From: Camelus dromedarius
Lineage: Eukaryota
Length of the DNA: 64,000 nt
Direction: 5' to 3'
Assembly (NCBI RefSeq): GCF_036321535.1
Contig: NC_087449.1
Location: 38,874,001 to 38,938,000 of the forward strand
Position 1 is the stretch's first letter; each line of letters opens with the position of its first letter. The translations under genes were made by a program, and so were the position numbers. A model generated the notes under the pieces. That model worked only from the letters and a program-made list of their open reading frames with translations. It was not told where the DNA came from and searched no databases. Below are positions 52,900-64,000 of the stretch, piece after piece.

Positions 52900-53600
52900 G
52901 CTGTCCACTAGGTAGGATAAGACGCCTTTGGGAAGGGCGACCCTCCTCATCCCGAGAATACAACGCTCGCAGACCCTCTTATCTACACAGGAAGGTGGGG
53001 ACTCTTCTTGACCGGCGTCTCGGCTGGCCAATAACTGACCCAGATCAAACAAGTTCTCCAATGGCTGAGGGCCAGGGATAGAGCGGGGCGGGGCATGCTT
53101 GCTACGGCCGAGCTAGTGGGGTGCGCCGAGAGGCTCGGAGAGAGACTCGGTGGTTGCTAGGGCGGGCGGTCACGGAGTGCGGCTCCCGGATTGGGCAGCG
53201 TCGAGGGAGGTGGGTGGTGATTGGGCGGTGCCCAGGAGTCGCTCGGGCGAGGAGCGGGCGCGCGAGCGGGAGTTCCTGCAGGAGGCCCGGGCAGATGGCA
53301 GGCGCCTTCACCATGGCCTCGGCCCAGCTGGACTACACTATCGAGATCCCGGATCAGTCCTGCCGGAGCCAGGGTATGGAGCAAGGGTTGGGTCCAGTCG
53401 TGGGTAGGTGACCTAACGAGTCTGGGTCGCAAGCGCAGCTGTGGCCCCGCCCCTCTCGCGGCCCCGCCCTCTCGCGGCCCCCTTATAGGGTCCCGCAGAT
53501 CCTGGACTTGGTCGGGCCCGGAGAGGCCCGCCCCCGGTAAGCCCCGCCCCCAGAGCGCTCTCCCGGTTCGAGCCCCCCCCCCGCGTCTCCCACCCCCAAC
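52900..53600. promoter_or_regulatory. CpG-island bidirectional promoter (TMEM53 plus strand, ARMH1 minus strand)
   Basis: High CpG density; CCAAT/ATTGG boxes near 53028, 53058, 53180 and 53220; GC boxes; head-to-head gene arrangement. Confidence 0.8.
53313..53373 (+). CDS. TMEM53: TMEM53 coding exon 1 (MASAQLDYTIEIPDQSCRSQ), nuclear envelope transmembrane protein 53
   Basis: Kozak accATGg; peptide matches human MASAELDYTIEIPDQPCWSQ as recalled; 61 nt then a gtatgg donor. Confidence 0.93.
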
Positions 53601-56600
53601 CGAGGTTGGGGGCCTTTTTTTCTGTCTCTTTAGCTGGAGTTCTGGAGTCCATCCCCCTGTTTCTCTACTGGTAGCTGAAGGCTGCCGAGGGCAGGGGCCC
53701 TCCTGATTCCTTTGTTTGGGGCCAGGTTTCCCACTGTGCTAGCCTTTCTTCGGTGGTTGTGGTTAGGGGGTCCCACCCACTATTTTCCCTGGGGCCCTTG
53801 CAGAAGCCTGGGACACAGAACCTTCATGCCTCCTCTCCACTCTCCTTGACAGTGGTTAACAGAGCAGTTGCTGCCATGAGATAGAAGTCAGTTCAAATCC
53901 TGACTTCTCTTAGTAGCTGGATGACCTTTGGCAGAGACTTCCAGCTCTGAACTTCTGTTTTCTCATCTGCAAAACTGGGGTACCAATAGTAACCTTCCTC
54001 ACAGAGTTGTTGGTTGCACAGCTGAGATTGTTTGTGTAAAGGATCCAGCCTAGTGCCTGGAAACGAATGAGTTTAGTGATTAGCACTGTTTTCATCCCTG
54101 TAGTCATATCATTAGCAAAAAGGTGTGTGGGAGGCCTGTGTGTGTGCGTGTAGAGCAGGTCTGGATCCTTGGCAGTATAAATAGAATTGGGGGCCCAGGG
54201 GATGGAAAGTTTGGTCCTGATTGGGAGGTATGGTAGAGGAGGAGCCTTGAAGTACACCCTAGCTTGGGCTGCATGTCTTGCCTGCATTACTCCACTTTGC
54301 CTTCACACGTCCAGTCTCACTGCCAGCAGCAGTTCAACCTCTTACATTGCCAGCACAGCAATCTTCCTAATGCAAAGTCTCCTATCACTGTTCTGTGTTA
54401 AACCCTTCAGTGGCTCCTTATTGCCTTCAGGATAAATCAAGTCCAGATTCCTTAGCCTGGCATTCAAAGTTCTTCATAATTTAGCAGCCCCTGCTTACCT
54501 CGTTGATCACTATGTCCTTCCACTGTTCAATTTGAGTTTTATGCTCTGGCAACCCCAGGCTACTTGTGATTCTCCACACATTTCTTGCTTCTCTGCCTTT
54601 GTTCCTGCTGTTTCGTCTTGTCTGGAATGCCCTTTCCCCTCTGCTGCCCCACACTGTCCCCTAGCTTGTCTGGTTCATCATTTAAGGCTTAGCTCAGATG
54701 TTACCTCCTTCAGGAGAGCCTTCCTAGACCCCTCCTGTAGCACCTTGTGTTCCGTGGGTGGGGTCTGGGATGGAAGGGCAATCCCTAGGCTCTCATAGAA
54801 CAGCTGGCTTTAGACCAGCTGTATGTCCCTAGAGCTAGATGTGTTAGTCGAGGACTCTTGGGCTTATAGATGTAGAAATGCTTTTGAAAAGTTTTGGCCT
54901 CAGCGGGAGATGAAGCCAGTTAATATTTTTGCCCTTGGAGAGCCTGCAGCTGCAAATGGCTGGAGCTGCCTTCTGCATGGTGGGAAAGACAAAGTTCTCC
55001 CTCAGCCCAGACGGGCAGCCTAGTGGTGTTGGTTCGCATTTCAGCTCCACCTCCTACTGTTCTGTGACTTTGGCAAGTTATCCAACCTCCCTAAGCCTCA
55101 GATTCCTCCACCACAAAGTAGGAGTAATAAGAGTGCCTCTGCACAGGATTGTGAATGTTAACAAGACAGTGGCTGGATGGGTGTGCCTGGCATGGAACAG
55201 GTGCTCTGTTGGTGTATTTCCACCCCAAGTGGCTCCCCTCCCTGCTTCAGGGTCCTGGAATTGGAAGAAATCTCCGGGTGCCATTCTGTGCTGTATCCTT
55301 CTACTAGCATGAGAGCGTTCTGTTGCTACCAGATCCTTCCTTGACAGGACGCTCCCTCCCAAATACCCTGGCTTGTTGGAGGACACTTGGATTGTTAGAA
55401 AGCATTTCCCTTTCTTGAGCCACAATAGGCCTTCCTGCCATTTCTGCTTTCAGTTCAGCATTTGCTGTGTCCTGGCCACGGACTGGTTGCCTGTGCCTCA
55501 GAAGTGACTCACACACAGGCTCCCTTCAAGGAGCTGTGGTTCTGGGGAGGGCTGAGGGCTTAGAAGCAGGTGGTTTCACAACGATGTGGTAATTGCAGGG
55601 CTAGGGGGTCGTGGGTACAACACAGAACAAGGTAATCCCTCTTTCTCTCTTTTCAAGAGGACAGCTTCATCTCTTCTCCAAGAAAAGTACCTCCAGGGCC
55701 TTCGGCTCCTCCCCGTCTGGTGCAGCTCTCATAACCTCCTCCTTCTGATTGCTCCTCCGCACTGGTTTGTCATGCTTTTCCCTCTCAAAATGCATACCCT
55801 GGAGCTGAACTGGAGGCTGTAGGAACTCCAGAAGGAGGTGACAGCACTGGGATCCCCTGGATCTGTTTGCTTCCTGTCTGTGGAGAGCTCCCCTCTAGGC
55901 TGACATGACCTCACAGAGTGGTGATCTTTGGGGGCCCCAGAGATTGTCTCTCTTTTGCAGTTACTGTTTAATGGTGGAGAAGTGTGTAGGACAGTCACAT
56001 TTGGTTTCTGGAATTGCTTTTCCCCCATATTTGAACATTAAAGCCGCAGATTCCAGCACTCCTGTGCGTTGATAGAGAGGCGAGCAGCTGCTGCTGGCAC
56101 ATGAGTTTGCTGGAAGGCAGCTACAGATCTGGGGTCATTCAGAGCCCAGGATCCTGCTGCTGGGATTCCCACCCTCAAGAATCCATGTTTGCCTGTGCCG
56201 AATGAGGGTCGTCCACCTGGTCCTTTGCTGAAGCCGATGCTTGACCTGGCATTTCCCGCCACCCCACCCACTCTTCTTTGACCAGTGATCCCCTCACCCT
56301 CCTAATACCTGACTCATCTCATTTCCTGGGGGACGCTTCTGTTCTCGGGGCTCCCGCAGCAGGGATCCCTGTCGTGTTGTTTTGAGGGTTTTGCTCACTG
56401 TTGCTGGTGCTTGGCAAGGATGAAGTGCCAAATGAGCTGAAAGGAGTCACTTGGCGGCACAGCACTGTGGGCTGGAGCCGAGCTGCTCTGCCCTCCAGGC
56501 CAGGGCTGTGTCACCCCTCCTGCCAGCCAGAGCAGGGTCAGCCAAGTCCCGCCCCAGGGCCCCTCTGCGGCTCGCTGGCCGGCCAGCAGGCCTTCTTAAA

Positions 56601-58779
56601 GGCACCCTGTTGCTCTCATGTTCAGTAAACATTTTTAGAAATAACTGATTCACAGAAATTAATGGGGCTGGGACAAGGGGCACGTTTTTAGAGTACAAAG
56701 AAAGCCTTCCGGGGGTCACAGAGAAGGGAAGTGATGAGTTTATTGTGAACCCAGGCTTAATTGCCAGTCTGCTCTTCTGCTGAGCACTGACTGGGGTCAA
56801 AGAAATGCAGACATCATCTTAACCCCCAGGAGGTTTTCTGTGGCACTGGGGAAACAGTCTGGAGTGGACCACAGTCTGGACCACCATGGTGGCCCCAGGG
56901 GTCGGCTGGCTTCCTGGAGAAGAGTGACCTGAGCTGGACCTGGAGCTTCTTCGGAGGGCTTACAGGTGCTGGGGAGCAGCAGGAAGTGCAGAAGTAAGGG
57001 GGCTACGAGGACTGAGAGTGGATGGAGGGAGCGGGGCCTTGATCAGAGGCCAGTGTGCTTCCAGGAGCCGGGAGTGAGATAAAACCTCAAGAGCCTTCAC
57101 ACCAGAGAGGCCTCAGAGACCAGATGAAGAGTGACTTTAACTAGACCCTATTCTTGTCTGTGGGGACCCCAGAGGTGCTTTTTTTTAAAAAAAAACAACA
57201 ACAGGAGTTTTGTTTATTTTTTGAATCATGATTTCTTTTTTCTCATGCATTAATAGAGGTTCTTCCTAGATTGTGTGCTTTATAGCAGGTGCTCTGCTGG
57301 GCCCTGGATCTGAGCTCTAGACCTGAAGGGCCCTCTGCAGGCCCCCTTTGTCTGAGGTCTCCGGGGTTTCTGTCGCGCTTACACTGTAGACCATGCCCTG
57401 TTCACACGCCAGGGAGGCCAAAGCGCCTCTCGTGATTTTATTACTACTCACGACCGTCTTGTAAAGTGGGGAGTACTCTTATGAGGAACAGAAGCTCAGG
57501 GAGGTGAAGCATCTGGCTCCAAGTTATCCCAGATTTCAACTTGGTAACCTCACTCTGAAGCTTGTGCAATGCAGATTTCAGGTGCCATTAGGAAGTGCTG
57601 CCCAAATACAGATCCAGTTAAGGACATGCATGAAGAAGGAGGTGTCCATTAAAATATTTCTATAACAGCAAAAGATTGGAAACAGTATCATGTCCAATAC
57701 TGGGAACTTGGTCACCATAAATTATGAAATACTCTATAGCCACTCTGCAGCCACTGCAAAGAATGGTGTAGAAATATACAAACTGACAGGGAGAGATGTT
57801 CACAATATATTGCTAAATGGAATAAAGCAGATTACAAAACAGTCTGATTTCAGTTTTATGAGATATTCATTTTCTATTTTTTCTACAGTGAGCATGTATT
57901 CCTCATGAAGTAATAATAACCTCAATTCATTGAACTCTTTGTGCCAGGGTAACATGCTAGGCCTTCAGTAGTCACTAGCTTATTTAATCATTTGAATTAT
58001 TATCCCCATTTCATAGATAAGGAAATTGGAGCTTAGAGAACTGGTTTAAGGTCTGTTTCATAGTAATTAGTGGCAGAGCCGGAGATTTGAACCCAGATAG
58101 GATTTTATACAGTATGTACTCTTCGATACCATGCTACTTGCCTATGCTGTGATTCCAAAAAGTGAAAAAGAAGGAAAAAAAGTAAATTTCAAATAAAGTT
58201 ATTTGGTTTAAATATAGGAACTGTGAGACTAGAAAGTATTTCTTGGGAGTAGAGGAAAGTGAGGATCCTTTTCTTCTTCGCATTTTGAGAAGAAAACATA
58301 ACGTTCTTTGTATTTTGATTCTGGCTTGCAGATGAAAAGCACATATTGTTCCACAGATCCTTATGCCTTGTCAGCCCTTTCCTTTGTCTTCCCCATATGC
58401 TCCTGGGATATACACAATCTAATTTATGCTTTACTTTTATGACTTGAACTGTTGTATGATAAAGTATATATCTGTAATTCTTGTATTATCGATGTCAGCG
58501 TTGTTTGTTGAGAAAAGTCCAGATGACAGAGAGTCCGTGAGATTAAATTGTTTTATAGGGTACTCAGTAAGTGCTAGGTTTGAAAAGAACTCTTCTGCCT
58601 TGCCGAGGGGCTTCTGGGCATCCATAATCTCTCTGATGTCTCAGCTGCTGTTGACTCTGCTAGACATCTACCTGGCCCCCCGCCTTTTAAAAAAATAACA
58701 TTTTTAACTCTCACCGCAAAAATGTGACACATACGGACTTTAGAAAATGAGTGAAAATACTCATGAAAAAGAAATTGCC

Positions 58780-60120
58780 TCTAATCCCAGAAATAATTGC
58801 TATATTAATATTTGACATATATTTTTCTATGCATAAATATATGTGTATATATGTAGACAGGTGTTCTGTTATATATACTGCTTTGCAGCTCACTTTTTTT
58901 GCTTAATGTGTTTTCAAATTTTATTATTAATTTTCAAAANNNNNNNNNNNNNNNNNNNNNNNNNNNNNNNNNNNNNNNNNNNNNNNNNNNNNNNNNNNNN
59001 NNNNNNNNNNNNNNNNNNNNNNNNNNNNNNNNNNNNNNNNNNNNNNNNNNNNNNNNNNNNNNNNNNNNNNNNNNNNNNNNNNNNNNNNNNNNNNNNNNNN
59101 NNNNNNNNNNNNNNNNNNNNNNNNNNNNNNCCTGGCAGCCACTAATTNNNNNNNNNNNNNNNNNNNNNNNNNNNNNNNNNNNNNNNNNNNNNNNNNNNNN
59201 NNNNNNNNNNNNNNNNNNNNNNNNNNNNNNNNNNNNNNNNNNNNNNNNNNNNNNNNNNNNNNNNNNNNNNNNNNNNNNNNNNNNNNNNNTTCTTTTTTGT
59301 GACCAAATAATGTTCCATTGAATAGATATACCACATTTTATTTGTCCATTTACAGGTGGTAGACATTTGGATTGTTTCAACTTTTTGGCTGTCGTGAATA
59401 ATGCTGCAGTGAACATTCGTGTACCAGTTTTTGTGTGGATATATGTTTTCAGTTCTTTTGGATGTCTACCCANNNNNNNNNNNNNNNNNNNNNNNNNNNN
59501 NNNNNNNNNNNNNNNNNNNNNNNNNNNNNNNNNNNNNNNNNNNNNNNNNNNNNNNNNNNNNNNNNNNNNNNNNNNNNNNNNNNNNNNNNNNNNNNNNNNN
59601 NNNNNNNNNNNNNNNNNNNNNNNNNNNNNNNNNNNNNNNNATAGCCATCTGAGTGGGTATAATGTGCTGTCTCATTGTGGTTTTTTTTNNNNNNNNNNNN
59701 NNNNNNNNNNNNNNNNNNNNNNNNNNNNNNNNNNNNNNNNNNNNNNNNNNNNNNNNNNNNNNNNNNNNNNNNNNNNNNNNNNNNNNNNNNNNNNNNNNNN
59801 NNNNNNNNNNNNNNNNNNNNNNNNNNNNNNNNNNNNNNNATATACCCTGGATACAAACCCCTTATCAGATATGTGATTTGCAAATATTTCCTCCCATTCT
59901 GTGGGTTTCTTCACTTTTTGATGGTCTCCTTTGATGTACAAAAGTTTTCAATTTTAATGAAGTCCCAATTTATCTACTTTTTCTTTTATTCCTTGTACTT
60001 TTGATCATGACTAAGGAAACATTCCCTAATCCTAGGTCACAAAGATTTACTCTTAGGTTTTCTTCTAAGGGTTTTATAATTTTAACTCTTACCTTTATGT
60101 CCATGACCTGCTTCATGTAT
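58780..60120 (-). mobile_element. L1MA/MB-type 3' region, partly N
   Basis: Antisense L1 motifs: atataccacattttatttgtcc, aacccttatcagatat, gcaaatattttctccc. Confidence 0.8.
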
Positions 60121-63100
60121 TACTGAGTATTTCCATATGATAAACATTTTTATTCCATAGAAGTAGAATTACTAAGTCAAAAGTTGCATGTTTTTGAGGC
60201 TTTTGATACATGTACCAAAATTGTTGTGACTCTCTCCTCCTTATCATCTCCCTCCCTGCTCCTACCTGTCTCCCACTGCTCTGGCTCAGGCCTTTGCCCC
60301 TGCTAGCCTTGCATGTTACAGCAGTCTCCGACCTGTTCCTAATGGACCCATTTGGTGTGGTGGGTAAGCGCAGGGGCACGGTGATGGCGGTGCTGTGACG
60401 GCACAGAGGAGGGGCATCTAACCTAGTCTGGTGATTTGGGGTGGGGAGGGCGAGAAGGGGTTGGGAAGGGCATCAGGGAGGACTTCCTGGACGTGGACAG
60501 TGAGCTGACTCAGCAGGTGGAGTGGGCATTAGCAAAGCGTAAACATGGAGCATCAGTGTCCTGGGCTGGGAGTGAGGAGCATGATCAAGGTCCTGGAGGC
60601 GGGGCAGTGTGGCATGGTGGACCAGAGATGGATGCTGGCTCTGCCACTTCCTGGCTAGGTCTTCTTGGGGAAAGGGACTTGCCCTCTCTGTGTTTTTGTT
60701 TTCTCATCTGTAAAATGGAGATAGTAATAGCACCTGACTCCTAGGATGGTTGTGGACAGAGGCAGCATAAGTTGAGGTTCTGGCTGTGGTGCCAGTCCCT
60801 GAGGAGGAGCCGGTGGAAGAGGTCAGTGTTGGATCTGTTGATATACTGAGTTAGCTATGTGTCCAGGTTTGGAGCTGAGCCAGTAGAGATTTGGTTAAGA
60901 CCAGGTGCTTGAGGTTTTTACCCAGGGAGCCAGCTGGGATAGTGGTGATGAGCTGGTCCCTAAGGGTCAGACTACCTGGATCCCAGCTTCACTACTTATT
61001 AGTTCTGTAACCTTGAGCAAATGATTTACTCTCCCTGTGGCTTAGTTTTTATCAGTAAAATGAGAATAGTAACAGTACCTTGTTCATAGGATTGTTGTGA
61101 AGATGAAATGAGTTGATATGTAAAGTGCTTAGAACAGTGCCTGCCACAATGCTCCTTTTGTTGATATTGTTACTGTTTTTCTGGGTGATGGGAAAGAGGG
61201 AGGTAGAAGCCAAAGGAGATGTGGAATTCAGAGAGGTTTGTGATGGTTTAGGACCAAGGTGGGTTTGATTGTCTGCGCAGGGCCATGGTCCACCCCAGAG
61301 TACAAGTGGGAGACTGAGCCAGTGCCCTGGTCTTCAGTGCCCGAGGGGCAGTGGCCAGAGCTGGGAGATGTCAGCAGTGGGAAGGGGAGAGGGTGATGAC
61401 CAGTGGACTGAGCATAAAAGGAGCAGGGGCTTTTTTTTTACAGAGGAGGGAGGAATCATGATCTGGATGTGGCAATAAATAACAATACTTTAGCCATTAC
61501 TTTTATTACTCTGGAGAGGGCAGTGGTATCCATCCTTCACTTTGCAGCCACGTGTTCATTCATTCAGCACATTTCTGCTAGTGCCTGGATGGGCCAGCCA
61601 CAGTGCTGGGCATCAGGGAGGTGGCGATCAATGTGACAAACCCTGTCCTGCCTTCATGGAGCCTGCTGGCTGAGGGAAGACACAGACAGAGCCAGAGGTT
61701 AGACAAATAATTGTGCAATACAGATTGGATCCTGCCACTCCCTGAGTTCCAGAATCTTCATTTGCTCTCCTCTGCTTGGGATAAAATCCTGCCTCCTAGG
61801 CATGGCTTGGAGGCCTTGCAGGATCAGTCCCCAGTCCCACCCTCGGCAGCTCTCCTGCTCACCGCTGCTCCCCCACCCAGGCTTCCAGCCACCCAGGACT
61901 GCTTGCTGTGCCCCAGACCGACTTAATATCTCCATCGCCCCCTGCTCTGCTTATACCTTCTCTCCACCTGGCATGGCTCCTGTTGGTCCTTCATGGCCAG
62001 TGCAGCAAGCATGTCTTCTTTTGGGAGGCCTTTCCTGGTCACCCTCACTCTCTCAGCCCTGTTGCACCTCGGGCTTTTGTGGATTATAGCACTTCATGTC
62101 GAGAATCAGAATGGGCAGCGCAGCTGCAGGGGGAGGAGGTGATGCTGAAGGCTGCGAGTTAGGAGTGGGCATGGGGAGGAGGGCCCTGGGAGATGCTTGT
62201 GGATAGGAGGAGCACGCTGTGGCTCAGAGTGGGGCCGCCTCCAGTGCCTGGCTGGAGTAGGACCAGTTCCCTCCTTTTAGGAACATTACGGGAAGCTTGG
62301 GCTCTGGGAAGAGGCAGGGTGTCCAGGGTGTCTGTATTCTGAATTTCTTCCTGGAGATGCGTATCTGGTGAAGAGTCATTCCTACCTGAGTTGGTGAAGC
62401 CAAGGGCACCAGGAAAACCTGCAGTGGGGCAAAATGGTGTTACAGATCCCAGCCGTAGGGGTGAGGCAGCTCAGAGGCCCAGCAGAAGGGTCTGAACCTT
62501 CCCTGACTGGGAATGCACCCCTGCTGCTGATTGGGGTGGCCTCCAGGGGATGTGACCTCCCTTGGATGCCTTCTCTGGTTCTGAAATAAATCCCCAAACC
62601 CTTTGCTGGTGTCTTGGTTATGGCACGTGGAGGGGAGCACTGTGGGCTGGGGGAGGGGAGCCTATGCTCAGGCAGCCACACAGAGGTAAGGAGCCTCCCT
62701 GGGGCAGAAATCCAGCTGCTGGACCTCAGAGGGTCAAATTAAATCCAAACAGTAGCTGTTGATTACCACCCATGAGGCAGCCAAGGCCCGAACTTCAGGG
62801 GTAGTCACCCCCAGCAAGGTGGGGCCCCAGTGAATCCCAGATAGAACCTCTCCACTAGAAGGGCCAATGCAGGCAAAGTGCTGCCCTGGCCAAGAACAGG
62901 GGCCACCAGGCAAAGAAAGGTGGTGAGAATATTTGGAGTGGCCTGAGTTAGACTGTGGGACTGTCCCCCTCATCAGAGGCTGAGGCCGGCATCAGGGGAG
63001 CCTGGGAGGGCTGGCAGGTGTCAGCAAGGGACCGAGGTGCTGGCAGTTCCTGCTCCAGGCTGAGTAGCAACCCAGCCTGGGATCCCCATGGGTGCGGGCA

Positions 63101-63868
63101 GTTAATCTCCAAAGGCCAGAGTCGCCACTGCTGGAGANNNNNNNNNNNNNNNNNNNNNNNNNNNNNNNNNNNNNNNNNNNNNNNNNNNNNNNNNNNNNNN
63201 NNNNNNNNNNNNNNNNNNNNNNNNNNNNNNNNNNNNNNNNNNNNNNNNNNNNNNNNNNNNNNNNNNNNNNNNNNNNNATAAATCTTGGGGTGGCAGCTGA
63301 GCATAGCCAAGTGGCTTTATCCTTGGAAGGGTACATCCCAGTTCTTTCTGGAGGGCAGATAACTAGCAACAGACGGTCCCTGCACAGAATTCGCCCTCAG
63401 GGGGTGGGTACTCATTTGGCAGGGGAAATGAGAGGAGGTCTAACCAACAAGATTGCAGGGAGGCCTCCTAAAGCAGCCCTGGAAGAGGCAGCTGGCTTGT
63501 GCCCTGGCACGTCACCAAAGGACATGCTTCTAGCTGTGGGCTGGTGGCACAGAAGGTCTCAAGTGGCTTAGTTAGGATGGGGAACGGGGACCAGATTCTC
63601 AGCTCTATACTTCCTGTGTGACTTGAGGCAAATGACTTAACCACTCTGTGCCTTAACCCCTCAATTTCCTCATCTGTAATACTATTCCTGGTAGTGTTGT
63701 TGTGAGGGTTAAACCTCAGTAAATACTAGCTGTTACTATTCTCTGTCTGAATGTGGTGGGTGGTTTATAGGGGCCCTCAGAGTCCGTCTGCTCCACTGTC
63801 CTGCTTACACTGTCCTATCTGTTCCTTCTTTTAAAACCCTCTTCTTCCATCTGCTCATAGAGTTAGAA

Positions 63869-64000
63869 CAGGAGCTGGCAGACGTTTTCTGTAAAGGGCC
63901 ACTATGTGCCTTAGGCTTTGTGAACCATATGGTCCCTGTTGCAGCTACTCAGCTCTGGTGTTTTAGTATGCAAGCAGCTTGACTGTATTCCAATAAAACT
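63869..64000 (+). mobile_element. MER58A-like hAT-Charlie element, cut by the window end
   Basis: caggagctggcagacgttttctgtaaagggcca...ctactcagctctg...ttccaataaaact. Confidence 0.8.

Noticed and set aside
53374-64000. TMEM53 exon 2 (expected VVILLGWGG motif)
   Set aside because: Not found in readable sequence; probably beyond the window end, or hidden in an N run

Overview
Mammalian genomic DNA, very likely camelid: it carries eight copies of a Vic-1-like tRNA-derived SINE plus artiodactyl-type L1 3' ends. The minus strand holds the complete CDS of ARMH1 (C1orf228). I assembled it by hand from 11 coding exons (39917 to 9919, 1329 nt, 442 aa plus stop, all splice phases consistent); its first coding intron is a U12-type (minor spliceosome) GT-AG intron. 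TMEM53 starts head-to-head on the plus strand from a shared CpG-island promoter, and only its first coding exon (53313-53373) is in the window. An intact U5 snRNA gene with full snRNA promoter architecture (octamer + SPH, PSE, 3' box) lies at 5639-5755. The most unusual structure is at 11.3-12.85 kb, inside the large ARMH1 intron: a cluster of decayed U5 gene copies. One of them retains promoter remnants and has been duplicated into a 250-bp inverted repeat with 249/250 identity, with a second hairpin nested at the junction. Other retroposition products are a U4 retrocopy, a tailless 5'-half tRNA-Val retrocopy, a polyadenylated ERV-LTR 3' fragment, an orphan poly(A) insertion and a twin-primed L1. 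Gene and repeat names come from recalled sequence, not database searches. Repeat boundaries are approximate, and the N runs could not be read.
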